Source of the DNA: the human T2T-CHM13v2.0 reference genome, Homo sapiens
DNA: 64,000 nucleotides
NCBI RefSeq assembly: GCF_009914755.1
Contig: NC_060940.1
Reading direction: 5' to 3' (one strand)
The notes under the pieces were generated by a model that searched no databases, had not been told where the DNA came from, and saw nothing but the letters and a program-made list of their open reading frames with translations. The position numbers were made by a program, and so were the translations under genes. Below are positions 12,020-25,074 of the stretch, piece by piece. Within the stretch, counting starts at the first letter, position 1. Each line of letters opens with the position of its first letter.

Positions 12020-13389
12020 ATTAGTATTTTTTAAAGCTCCCCAAGAGATGCTAATATGTAGTTAAGGTTGAAAACCACTGTCTTAGTCAAAACTTCCTAA
12101 GGTAGAGGAAAGCTTATGTCTTTCTAACCTTCCTATTTCCTTCAGTGTCCGGCAAGATCCCTAGCATGGAATCACTGCTTAGTAACTCTTCTGATGTATG
12201 TGTGTATAGCTTCCTGCTTACAAAATACATTTTTAAACTTATTTGCTTTCAAATATGCTGCACTTGCATCCTGATACTCCTGGCTTCCCCCCACCCCTAC
12301 CTGCCTTTTCCACATCTTCCCAATCAATTCCCAGAGAGAGGGCCTGTTTACCATTGACTCCTTTGTGAGAATGGACTTTGTGGTGAACACTGACTACAGG
12401 GCATCTCTTACTGGGATGTGATTGGGGACCTCTCACCTCCTGAAGGAAATAACAATACCTGATTTCAACCACATAGCATTGACTGGAAAATGACCTCTAG
12501 GTACCAGTAGTGGCAGACAGACCAAAAAGATGTAGCCAGACAGATGGGCAGGTCTGCCAGGGTAGGAGTCTGTTTTTAATTGAGAAGACCAGCACAGACA
12601 CCTCATGGAGTCCACATAAGCACCCCCTGTCATCACCTGATCATTCCTTCCTTCATATTTATTATACGTGCCCATTAGGACTGGTACCCAAGGGGCTTCC
12701 AGCCCCAGACATACACTCAAGGACAAGTAGCTTCCCACTCAGGGTTTCTGGTCAGGAATTCACAACAATGAGGGCTCCAAGTTCACCAGCGTCAGTTGGC
12801 AATGCTCTCTGAGAAACTGAACAGATGGGCTCTAATTGCAGACCTGTTGTGGGGACATTGTTAACAAACACACAAGTAGCAGTATACAGAGCTTTTTGGA
12901 AACGAATGTGACTTGGCAGCTGGGGATGGCGGTCTAATTACTAACATCTGAGTTTCTTGTTTAATGAAGGGGAATGTGGAAAACGGCCGTGCTTGAAGCA
13001 GCTGGGATAGAGAAAGATGCCAAGGCAATGACTGCACAGTGCCTGCACACTCTGTTGGTGGCCAGGTGCCTCCGTATCATCCACAGACCCCTCTTCTTCT
13101 CCCTCTGGAATCTAGACATCACTTTTGGGAGAGGGGATGGAATTTTTGGGGTCCTTAGTTATCAATTGTAGACCACAAAAGAACAGCATGATTGGGACAC
13201 GTTGGTTCATCATATTCATTATTAAGTTCTTCTTCTTAAATAAAGTCAAATTCACACTCCAGAAAAATACCATGTTTAACCTGTGACTCCCTGTATCCCC
13301 TTACACAATGCTATTTAACCTTAAAATACACATATCTTGGTTTCACAGTTCATGGATTTCCAATAATGCTTGTTCAGACTTGTGTAGAC

Positions 13390-13530
13390 TTGCTTTGTCC
13401 AAGTACTATTTTAAGCACTTTCCCTGACTAGCTCATTTAACTCTTTCCATAACACTAAGAGATGGATATTATTATTATTTCTGGTTTACAGATGAGGAAA
13501 CTGAGGCATGGAAAGATTAGGTAACCTGTT
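13390..13530 (-). mobile_element. MIR
   Basis: tttacagatgaggaaactgaggcatggaaagattaggtaacc. Confidence 0.8.
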
Positions 13531-13708
13531 GGTGAGATGTTGTCCTCAGGTTAGTTTTAGCCTCAGGATGACTTGTCTGATGTTAGTGATAATTGGCACT
13601 CAAAAAGGGGCTTCCTAAATTCCAGGCACATTGTTTTACAAACTTGATCTCTCTTATTTAAGCCTCACAGTAACTTTATGAGGTAGATCTTGTAGAAACT
13701 AAGGTTTA

Positions 13709-14039
<331 letters not shown>

Positions 14040-16793
14040 TTATAAAGCTAGTGATGTGCTGAGCTGAGATTTCAATTCAGGATGCTTGTTCTGAGCTTCA
14101 ATGGGCTGCCACTCTGTGATAAAAGCTCTGCAGTGGAACATTATAGAAACTGCAAGGATTCTTTTTTTGTTTTTTAGCTCATTGACTATCTGATCACAGA
14201 GTCCATTTAGGAGGGTCCATGGAAGAAGCTGCTCTTGAGTTTTAAGTCCAGGGAAAAGCAAATCATCACTGGAGGAATCAAATTGTTTTTACTGTATGGA
14301 CATTGTAAAATCTGTAAAAACCAACCTCTCTAACCAGGGTGCAGGTTCCCTAAGCGGAAATGCAGGTATGTGTGGAGATTCTAAGTTTTTACCTTTTAGA
14401 GTTGTTGCAAAACCACCAGGTAAGCAGTATCTTCACATCCTCCCAGTGTCACTAGTCCTTTAAAAAAGCCATTCAGGCTCTGTTTGTAGGCTCCCCAGGA
14501 GTGTGCACATACATTTGAGAAGCACATTTGTAAAGAATCATGCTTCTCACCTTCCCACCTTACCTCAGTTACTAGGCTGCTCTGGAAGCATGGGGAGCAG
14601 GCATTTAGGACCTTGTGGCACACATTTTGTGTACAACAGCCTTACACCAAGTTTCTCCTTATTTCCCATTTGATCTAGTTTCTGTCTTCCTTACTAATAT
14701 TTGTGGCAAATTATATTTTCTAAAATTGACAACAACATTTCTGGTCCCACAGGCACCTTCAAAACCTTGCTACTCTCTTCCCCTTGAACTAAGGTGGGTG
14801 TTTGTAGCTACCTTGACAAGTACAGTATGGTGGAAGTGATGCCATGTTACTAGCAAGGCTAGGTTATAAGACATGATACAGATTGGTTCCAGTTCCAGAT
14901 AAGATGGAGTAAGCACACTTTTCCTTATGTCTCCCACTAAATGTAGCTATCAAACTTGGACACAATACAGGGGGCAGCTATTTGAGGACTCTGAGAAGTA
15001 AGAGTAGCAGGCAGATTCAAGAAGAGCAAAATGTAAAATATCACTGAACTGAGGGTGAGTTTATTTTTTCCCCTGGTTCTTCCACCACTTTGCCCTGGAT
15101 ACTGTTATGGAAGTATATGGCAGATTAGGGTAACTGGAGTCCCAGCTTCTTGGATAGAGAACTGAAAAGGGACTCCACAGTGTACTGGAAAATACTAGGG
15201 AGATAGAGAAGAGAGACGAGTTCCAGAAAGCAACTCCATATAGTTGTTTGTGAATTCCTGGACTCACCTCCAAGCTGAATATGTGAGGATCTGATCCAAA
15301 TTAATATACCAAAGATGTTGAGAGTTGTACTGACTTACAAACCACTGCCCAAGTGGCAGACTGGCCACTGGGTAATGTACATGAAGACCAGATTCAATAT
15401 TATTGTGAAGTCTTTAAAAACTGAACTGGAATTAAAACCCTAGTTCACAAAAGACATGTTGGAACTTACAGCCTGAACAGAGACAGATCAATTGCCTGCT
15501 AAAACGAAAATGTCAACCTTCTCCACAGGACTTACATAAAACCTAGTGTTTCATAATGTAATATTCAAACCTGTCCATGATAGTATCCAAAATTACTTGG
15601 CATATAAAGGGCCAGGAAAATCTCAACTTGCATGAGAACAGACAATCAACAAATGCAAACACTGAAATAACAAAGATGTTGAAACGATCTGACAAAGTAG
15701 CAATAATACAAATGCTCCAATAAGTAATCATGAATGTTCTTGAAATAAATGAAAATATAACAAAGCTCAGCAAAAAAAAAATAAAATAAAAAGTCAAATA
15801 GAAATTTTAGAATTAAGAAATGTAATAACTGAAATAAAAAGCTCACTAGATGGGCTCAAAAGTTTAATGAGATTACCTGGGAAAGAGTCAGTGAGGATGA
15901 AAGACATGAACCTACAAATTCAAGATGCTCTCAATCTCTAACAGGTAAACCCCCCAAAATCATAATTAAACTGATGAAAACTAGATCAAAGAAAAAATCT
16001 TTAAATGAGACAGATTAAAATGATACATTACCTAGAGGGAACAAACAATTTGAATGGTTGCAAATTTCTTATCAGAAACCATGGAGGCCAGGGAAGAAAT
16101 GAGGTGGCATTTTTAAAGTGCTAAAAGAAAAGAAATACCAACCCAGAATTCTATAATGAGTAAATATATTCTTCACAAATAAGGAGGACATAAATAGATT
16201 TTTAGATGAAGGAAAAGTAGAAGAATTTATTGCCAGCAGTCCTGCTCTAAAATAATTATTAAAGAAAATGATAGCAGAAGGAAATCTGGAACATGAAAAA
16301 TGAAGAACAACATAAATGGTAAATATCTGGGCTAACATAATAGACTACTATTCTCCTCTTAAGTTCTTTAAAATATGTTTAATGATTGAAAGCAAAAATC
16401 ATAACATTGTCTGGTGGAGTTTTCAATGCATATAGATATGTCATATAAAACAATGATAACATAAAGGAAGGTAGGTAAAAGGACCTATAAAGTGATAAGG
16501 TTTCTTGCTACTTTCCACCTGAAGTGCCAAACTATAGATTCTATGTAGACTGTAAAAGTTAAGTATGAATATTATAATCTCTGTAGCAACAAATAAAGAG
16601 ATACAGCAAAAAAAAAAAATAGAAAAAATGAGATACTAAATATACTTAAACAATGCAAAAGAGGGCAGAAAAAGTGAAAACAAAAGGGAAAAAATCCCAA
16701 ATAGCAAACACAAAAAACAAATAATAAAATGTTACACCTAAATTCAAACATCAATAATTACATTAAGTGCACATGGTCTAAAGTCAACAATTA

Positions 16794-16923
16794 CCCATTT
16801 ATGTCTAGTGTTCCATTATTGGAACCATAAGCATGTGGGAGTTATTTATATCCTACTGCTCAAGGCCATCATGAAGGTCGGATTTTTCAAATTCAAAAAA
16901 TTACAACCTCATGCATAAATGGG
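16794..16923 (+). mobile_element. MER85 piggyBac (PGBD3-family) MITE
   Basis: TIRs cccatttatg (16794) and cataaatggg (to 16923), TTAA at 16924-16927, internal palindrome GTTCCATTATTGGAAC at 16810-16825. Confidence 0.95.
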
Positions 16924-17963
16924 TTAAAAAAGAGAATGTCGGAATGGATAAAAAGGTATGACCCAAGTACATGCTGTCTACAAGAAACTCACTTCAAAGA
17001 TAATCATATAGGAAAGTTAAAAGTAAAAAGGTAGAACAGAATCTGTCATGCAAACATGAATGAAAAGAAAGCTGAAATGGCTATATTAATATCAGCAAAG
17101 TATACTCCAGAGATATAAAAATTACTAGAAATAAAGAGAGATATTAGGTAATGATCAAAGGATCCATCACTAAGTAGATATAATGATCCTAAGTGTATAT
17201 GTATGAGACAACACAGCTTCAGAATACATGAAACAAAAACTATTAGAACTGAAAGAAGAAAAAGACAAATCCACAATTACAGTTGAAATTTTAACACTAA
17301 TCTCTCGGGAATATCTCGGGAATATACAGTAGACAGCAAAACATAAAGGATATAGGTGAACTAAAGAACATCATCAATCACCTGGATCTAAATTTATAGA
17401 TTATTCTACCCACCAATAACAGAATGTATATTGTTACAAGTTCACATGAAACATTTATCAAGATAAACTGTATTTTTGCTCATAAAACAAGTCTTACCAA
17501 ATACAAAATAAATTAAAATATAAAATATGTTCTCAGACCGTAGTAAAATTAAACTAGAAATTAGTAATAGAAAGACAATAGGAAAATACCTAAACAATCT
17601 GTAATTAAACAATAAAGTCCTAAGTAATCCATGAGTCAAAAAAAAGTCTCAAGGGAAATTAGAAAATATTTTAAACTGAGCAGAAGTGAAAAGACATTAA
17701 TCAAAATTTGTAGGATGCAGAAAAAGCTGTGTTTAGGGATAAATTTATTTCATTAAATGATTATATTAGAAAAGAAGAAAGATCTTAAATCAAGAATCTA
17801 AGATTGTATTTTAAGAAACTAGAAAAAAAGAACAAAACAAAAACAAGCAGAAAAAGAAAATAATAAAGAACAGGAATCAATGAAACAGAAAACAGAAAAA
17901 TGATAGAGAAAATCAATGAAACCAAAAGCTGATCCTTTGGAAATATCAAAAATTGTTAAACTA

Positions 17964-18250
17964 GGCTAGGCAGAGTGGCTTACCCCTGTAATCCCAATAC
18001 TTTGGAAGGTCAAGGGAGGAGTATCACTTAAGCCTAGAAGTTTGTGACCAGCCTGGGCAACATAGCGAGATTTTGGATTCTGTCTGTATAAAAAATAAAA
18101 ATAAAAAAACCATCCTGGTGTTGTGGTGTGCACCTGTAGACCTAGCTACTCAAGAGGCTGAGGCTGGAGGATTGCTTGAGTCCAAGAGTTCAAGGTTACA
18201 GTGAGCACTTTAGCCTGGGCCTAAGATCTTGTCTTTAAAATAAAAAAAAA
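17964..18250 (+). mobile_element. AluJ inserted in L1 ORF2
   Basis: Diverged Alu with a right-arm deletion. TSD aaaaattgttaaa on both sides. Confidence 0.9.
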
Positions 18251-21200
18251 TTGTTAAATCAAGACCGACAAAAATAGAGTACACAAGTTATCACTATAAG
18301 AAATGAAAAAGAAGATACCACTGAAGCTCCCATAGATATTAAATTAATATATGAAATACTATAAATAAATCTATACACATAAATTAAGCAACTTAAGTAA
18401 ATATGGACTAATTCCTTGTAAACCACAAACTACCAAAAATCACACAAAATAGTACTATATAACTGAGTAGGTATATAACCTTGAAAGAAATAAAATTCAT
18501 AGCTAAAAACTTTTCGGGAAAAAAATCTCCAGACCCAGAGAGTTTCACTGATAATTTTTACAAAATATTTAAAGAAGGTGTAACACTAATTATTCACAAT
18601 TTCTTTCAAAATATAAAAGAACATTTCTTAACTAAATGTGGAAACCAGCATCACCTTGAATTACCCTGATAGAAAAAGCAGATGGATTACAAGAAAACTA
18701 TGGACCAGTATCCCTCATGAACAAAAACAAAGATTCTTAACTCATCAGTATGTATATGTTAAAAGAATAGTATGCCATAACTAAGTGGGTTTTATTCAAT
18801 GTATTTCACCATATTAACAGGCTAAAGAAGAAAAACCACATTATATCAATTGAAGTAGAAAAATCATTTGACAAAATTTAACATATATTTATGATGAAAG
18901 CTTTTGACAAACTAGGAAGAGAAAGACACTTTCTTAATCAGATAAAGGGCTTCTATAGAAAACCTACATCTAGCATAATATTTAATGGAGAAAAACTAAA
19001 TGTCCCCTACCCCAAGATGGGGAACAAAGCAAGATGTCCACTCTAACTATTCCTATTCAACATCATACTGAAAGTCTTAGCTGATGGAATAAGGCAAGAA
19101 AAAGAAATGAAAATCATAGACAGGGAATACAGACATAAAGCAATCTCTGTTTTCAAGCTATATAATTTTCTGCATAGAAAGCACCCCCACACCCACAAAA
19201 TCTACAAAATCTCCTAGAACTAATGTAAATTTAGCAAGGTTATAGGATATGAGGTCAACACAAAAATAATTGTATTTTGATATTCAATTATCAGACCTAA
19301 CAACAGACAATTGCAAACTCAATTTTTTAAAAAATGTATAATATACTTTCTCTCTTCCACTCACAGATGCAATACTTAAGTATAAACCCCACAAATCATG
19401 TATAGGTTCCATATGCTGAAACCTACAAAATGCTGCTGAAGTAAATAAAAAAGAATTGTAAGAATTAGAAGATTCCACATGGGAAAGATGCCATTTCTTC
19501 CTAAACTTATCTTTAGAGATAAAATGATTCCAACCAAAATCCTATCAAAATTTTTATTAATATAGACAAGCTGATTCTAAAATGTATACAGAAAGCAAAA
19601 AAGAAAAACCCCTAGAATAGCTAAAACACTTTTCAAATAAAAAAATGGTATTCAAGCAATCAGGCTACTTGATTTTAAGTCTTGCTATAAACTTTCTATA
19701 GTCAAGACAGTCTGATATAGGCAATAGGATAAACACACAGATTAACAGAACACAACAGAAAGTTCAGAAATACACTCACACAAATATGGGTCTGTTAATT
19801 TTTTTTATACATGTGAAAAAGTATTTTAATGGAAAAAGAACAGTTTTTCAACAATGGTGTTAGTACAATTGAACATCCATATGTGCAAAATGAACTTTTA
19901 CCTAATCCTCACACCTTATTAAAAAAATTAACTCAAAATGGATCATAGACCTAAAACGTAAAGCATAAAACCACAAAACTTTTAAGAGGAAATTTTTGTA
20001 ATGTGCAACAAGGCAAAGAATTTTTAGACAGGACACCAAAAACATAATTCATAAAAGAAAAAAATTGATAAATGGAACTTCAAAATTAAAAACTTTCGAT
20101 TTGCAAAAAGCACTGCCAAGAGAATAAAAAGACAACCTACAGACTGGGAGAAAATACCCACAAGTCATATACCTAACAAAGGACTTGTAGTCAGAATATA
20201 CAGACAACTCTTAAAACTCCGCAGTAAGAAAACATGTAATGCAATTAGTAAATGCGTAAAAGACGTGAACACACATTTCACCAAAGAGATATACAGATGG
20301 CAAATAAGAACATAAAAAGATGCTCATTACTAGCTACTAGGGGAATGCAAATTAAAATCATGATGAAATACTCCTATGTTACTATTAAGTGGTTAAAATA
20401 AAAAATATTGACAAAACCAAGTGCTGACAAGGATGTGGGGTAACTGAATCACTGATCCATTGCTAGTGAAAATGCAAAATGTTCCAGACACTCTGTAAAA
20501 CATATTGGCAGATTCTTCTAAAGTTAAACATACACGTTTTCTATTTTTGTATATTTACCACAGGGAAATTAAAACTTACCTTCGCATTAAAACCTGTACA
20601 CAAATGTTGAAAGCACTTCTACGCATAATTGCCAAAAGCTGAAAACAATGCAAATTTCCTTCAGTGGGTAAATGCATAAACCAACTGTGGTTTAGCCATA
20701 CAATGGAATAGTACTCAACAAAATCAAGGGATGGACTATTGACACACACAGCAACTTGGATGAACTTCAAAGGCATCATGCTGAGTGAAAGAAGCCAGCC
20801 TTGTAAGTTCACATGGTGTGTGATTTATTAATATAACATTCTCAAGGGGACAAAGCTGTGGTGATAGAAAACAAACCAGCGGACACTGGGGGTTATGAGT
20901 GGAGGAGGGTGTGACTATCAGGAGGTAGCAGGAGGAAGTTTTTGGGGTGAGGAAACTGTTCTGTGTCCTGATTGTGGTGATGCTTACATGAATCTATACC
21001 TGTGTTAAATTTCATAAAATGTACACTAAAAAGATCAGTTTTACTGTATGATTTTTTTTTAAAAAAAGAATATTCTGATTTTTTTTCTGCTGCAGCTTCT
21101 AACTGTCCATCTTTCTTTGGATGTGCCCCTTTGGTGCCATGAACTCCCAGATGAGAACCTCCTAGTCTTAAGCCACCTTGCTGGAGAGACTACCTGTAGA

Positions 21201-21551
21201 GGCTACTTACAGAGAGATACCGACTTAGAGAGGCCACTTAGAGAGAGGCTTCCCAGCTGTTCCAGTTCCCATGTGGTCCAGGGTTCCCAGCTCAAGGCTG
21301 GCCACGGGAGTGAGCCAGCCTTCAGATGATTCCAGCCTCCAATGTCTCTCTGCAACTGCATGAGATACCCTGCGTGAGGACCACCTGGCGGAGTCTCATC
21401 AACCCTTGGTACTGATAATAAAATGATCACTGACGTTTTAAGGCCTAGGGTGGTGTGTTATACATCATAGATAACTAGAAAATTACTATTATTTTTAAAA
21501 TTATTGTAAGAGAGATGGGTGCTAAGCAGCCACAAATTAATTTGAACTAGT

Positions 21552-22465
21552 GTATCAGTTATTTACTACAATATGTCACATAACAAACACACACAAAACC
21601 CAGTGGGTTAAACTTGAAAACGTTTATTTAGCTTGTGGGTCTGCTGTTTGGATGGGTGGTTCTTCTGGGTTGGGCTGGGCTGGACTCACTCAGGTGTCTG
21701 TGGTCAGCATTCAAGTCACGTGAGCGTCCGTTTCATGGATCTTGGCTGTGTTCCTCACCTTTTGGAGGTTGGCTGGCTATTGGCCCACTTAGGACGACTT
21801 CTCCTCTGCTTCTTGGGGGCAGTGGGCTAGCCTAGGCTGGTTCACTGCTGGTGGCATTGGCAGGGTCTGAGAACAGATGCATGTCAAGCTTTGTGAGGCC
21901 TAGGCTGGGAGTTGGCACCCTCATTTCTGCCGCAGTCTATTGGCCAAAGCCAGTTACAAATTTAGCCCAGGTTTACAGCGTTGAAGTCCTAACCCCCTAG
22001 TACCTCAGAATGTGACTGTCTTTGGGGAAAGTCTCTTTAAAGAGGTGATTAATGTAAAATGAGGTCATTAGGGTGGACCCTAATCCAATCCGACTGGTGT
22101 CCTTAGAAGAAGAGGAAATTAGGACACAGACTGGTACAGAAGGAAGAACACGTGAAGACACAGGGAAAAGACAGCCATCTACGATCCAAAGACAGAGGCC
22201 TCAGAAAAAAACTCATCCCACCAACGCCTTGATCTTCCGGCCTCCAAGAACTGCTAGACTCCAGGACTTCCAGCCTCCAGAACTGCAAGAAAAGAACTCA
22301 GCCTGTGGAACTTTGTTATGGCAGCCTGAGAAAATTAACACCCATTCGGATGAGGGAACAGACTCTACCTCTTTATGTAAAAAAACTGCAGTCCCATTGT
22401 GAACCATATGTGTTCAAGGAGGTGTAAAACATTGGGGCGATTTTTTTTTGCCATCAATTTGCCCT
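21552..22465 (-). mobile_element. Old MLT1 (H/I-like) LTR split by a younger MLT1 LTR
   Basis: tgtatcagttatt...taacaaac...aaaacccagtgggttaaa; ctattggccaaagccagttaca. Resumes at ~22345 (gactctacctctt...ggggcgatttttttg). Confidence 0.6.
21979..22341 (+). mobile_element. MLT1A/MLT1B-like LTR
   Basis: gttgaagtcctaaccccctagtacctcagaatgtgact...gaggtcattagggtggaccctaatccaat...ctttgttatggcagcc. Confidence 0.85.
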
Positions 22466-22499
22466 GCCTATAGAGGCTGGTGTGGGGAGGAGCTAACTC

Positions 22500-22645
22500 A
22501 TGGGGCAGGGATAGGAATGGGTTGGAAATCAAGAAGCTTGGCTGGACTCCTAACTCTGCCTTCTCTGGGCCTCAGTTTCCTCATCTGTGCCATAAGAGTT
22601 CTCGACCAGGTCTTGCTGTGTTTCCTCCCAGCTCTGAGAGCCTAG
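22500..22645 (+). mobile_element. MIR/MIR3 fragment
   Basis: ttctctgggcctcagtttcctcatctgt. Confidence 0.65.
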
Positions 22646-23289
22646 GATCAAACCCCAAGCCAAGCTCTTCCCCACCTCTCCGACAACGTCTAATTCCAGA
22701 GTGAGTCAGGAGAAGCGCTTCCCTGCTTGGCCCTGGACACATCCTAGGACTTCAGCCCGCAGCCTCACCAATAACTGCTACCCATTTGAGGACAGAGGCC
22801 CCCTGCTAGGTCAGGTTTATCTAACAGTGCCTGGCAGAGACAGAACAGCTCTGCACAAAAGCTCTGCTAAAGAGAAAAGGCAGCAACTGTATCCTTCGTG
22901 TAGTCTCACGGACGACCCCTCGAGAGGGCCAGTTAATGAGCATGGATTTGGGGGAGTTTTGCCTGAGACCTGTAGAGAATTGGCTGACAGTAAAGATAAA
23001 AAGGGAAAACGTAGATAGGTAAAAATTAATGAAATCCCAGCAAAAAAAAAAGCTATGAAAGGGGGAGGAAACTGCTATGACGGGGGGCTACCTGGTAAAT
23101 CTGGAAGCACATTAACCAGGTGGCCTGAATCGGCCAGGCCGCAGGCTGTGAGGACTCCCTCCACCAACATGGCGGGACCTATGATCCTGTGATACTGTTG
23201 ATGCAGGAGACAAAGGGGCCACAACTTTTCGAAAGAGGTATGAATCAATGTCACAGCTACCTGGAAATAAATAAGTAAGATATCCTCCC

Positions 23290-23333
<44 letters not shown>
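23290..23333 (+). repeat. (AAT)n microsatellite
   Basis: About 14 perfect aat units. Confidence 0.95.
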
Positions 23334-23334
<1 letters not shown>

Positions 23335-23339
23335 GGAAG

Positions 23340-23683
23340 CTTTATTTATTTATAATTATTTATTTAATAAATAAATTGGGGATTTATTGAATAATCATTA
23401 GGATTTATTTATACATTTATAGAATTCTTTATAATATATATTTATAATTATAACATTTTGATAATTATGTAAATTATATAATTGTTTCTAATATTTATAT
23501 AATTATATTTTTATAATTATTTATATTTATGTAATTTAAATAATTATATCTCTATAATTTAAATAATTATAATATCTATATAATTTAATTATTTATATTT
23601 ATATAATTTAAATAGTTATTTATATTCATATAATTTAAATAATTATATGTATTTGTGGATTTATTAATTTATTATTATTATTT
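23340..23683. repeat. AT-rich degenerate minisatellite/low-complexity tract
   Basis: Almost pure A/T, with a recurring taatttaaata(a/g)ttat unit at ~23532, 23555, 23604 and 23631. Confidence 0.9.
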
Positions 23684-23910
23684 GGGGTTTTAACATTTGC
23701 CAGACACTGATCTACCTATTTTAAGATTGTCAACTCACTGAATCCTCACAAAAGTCTTATGAGGTAAATACTGAAGTACCATTAGCACTATTTTTACAGG
23801 CAAGGCAAGAGAAGCACAGGAAGATTGTGTCTCAAGCCAATGAGTAATAGAACTGGACTTCAACACGGGCAGGCTATGTCAAAAGCCCAGGACTTTAGCT
23901 ACTTTTGCCA
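23684..23910 (-). mobile_element. MIR
   Basis: aactcactgaatcctcacaaaagtcttatgaggta...tttttacagg. Confidence 0.7.
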
Positions 23911-24661
23911 TAAGGAATCTCCATATTTTCTGGAGCCTGTTAGGTGAGTGAAGGAAAAAGGACTCATTTTACAAATGGAAATATTGAGGCCCAGAAGGGG
24001 GCCTCCATGAATTGGATTTGCAAGTGTCTGCAATCCACTCACAGTGCTATATTCTATTCCATTTGAGTGCCTCATCCTCTCTGTTCACCTGGTGAACTCC
24101 TACTAATCTCTAAAATTCCACTCAGATGTCACCCGAGAATCTTCCATGCTCACCTCAGGAAAATCAGGTTCTTCCTTCTTTGGCTTCCACAAAACCCAGC
24201 ATATATCCTTAATAGAATGTTTTTCATATGCAATATTTTCTCTTTTATTTCCAGAATTTTTTAAAAGAGAAAACCACATAATGATCGCCAATATCCATGT
24301 TCCCAAGCACTAGAATTTATGTTTGTTAACATTTTGCTATATAGACTACAAGTCATTTTCTAAGCAAAAAAACAAAATGTAACAAATGAAATTGAGATAT
24401 TCTTTTTTACCAATACAAGAAATAAAACATTGAAGTTGAGGTATCATATCTGCAGTTCACTTCCCCCTGCCACTGTCAGGAATTTGTTGTGCATTCTTCT
24501 GCTATATTTTAAAATTCATATCTATCTATTCACAAATGTGTGTTTGTGTGTGTGTGTACATGTGTAAGGCAAGGACTGCATTTTATTCATCTCTCTGGAG
24601 CTCAAATGTAGCAAAACACCTGGCACTTAGGTAATAATGATGATGAAGAAGATGATGGTAT

Positions 24662-25067
24662 CGATATAGTTTGGATATTTGTTTCCACTCAAATCTCATG
24701 TTACAATGTAATCCCTAATGTTGGAGGTGGGGCCTAGTGGGAGGTTTTGAATCATGGGGGTAGATGTCTCATGAATGGCTTGGGCCATCTCCTGCGTGAT
24801 AAATGAGCTCCTGCTCTGAGATGTGGTGGTTGAAAAGTGTGTGGCATCCCCCCTTCTTGCTCCTGCTTCCACCATGTGACTTGCCTGCTCCTTCTTTGCT
24901 GTCTGCCATGATTGTAAGTTTCCTTAGGCCTCCCCGGAAGCTAGACAGATGCCAGCACCATGCTTCCTGTAAACCCTGCAGAACTTTGAGTCAATTAAAC
25001 CTCTTTTCTTTATAAATTACCCAGTCTCAGGTATTTCTTTATAGCAATGCAAGAATGACCTAATACG
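24662..25067 (+). mobile_element. MSTA/MSTB solo LTR (MaLR)
   Basis: gatatagtttggatattt...ccatgattgtaagtttcc...aattacccagtctcaggtatttctttatagcaatgcaagaatgacctaatac. Confidence 0.9.
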
Positions 25068-25074
25068 ATGATGA

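Larger units (their letters stand above)
9791..12081. mobile_element. MER5A split in two (9791-9910 and 12020-12081) by an L1 insertion
   Basis: Left half cagtggctctcaaatttg...gattctgatttaattggtctggg; right half ttaaagctccccaagagatgctaat...ggttgaaaaccactg. Confidence 0.8.
14882..21070 (+). mobile_element. Long decayed L1M element (L1MD-like 3' end), non-coding
   Basis: ORF2 remnants: CCLQETHF (tgctgtctacaagaaactcacttc, 16972), FSD (17530), EKxFDK (18858), GTxQ..PL (19021). L1MD-like 3' UTR and A tail near 21061. Many stops and frameshifts. Confidence 0.9.
14702..21482 (+). mobile_element. MLT1 (G/H-like) LTR split by L1: 5' part 14702-14881, 3' part ~21088-21482
   Basis: 5' tgtggcaaattatattttc...ggaagtgatgcc...ggctaggttataag; 3' tgcagcttct...cagatgattccagcc...gtgtgttatacatcatagataact. 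Confidence 0.7.

Noticed and set aside
15543-20812. Hydrophobic F/L/I-rich minus-strand ORFs and the 18481 ORF
   Set aside because: Antisense or fragmentary readings of a dead L1. ORF2 is broken by stops, frameshifts, MER85 and an Alu
22700-23280. Splice-donor-like gag/gtatga and aa/gtaaga hinting at a lncRNA exon
   Set aside because: No convincing paired acceptor. Cannot be supported without transcript data
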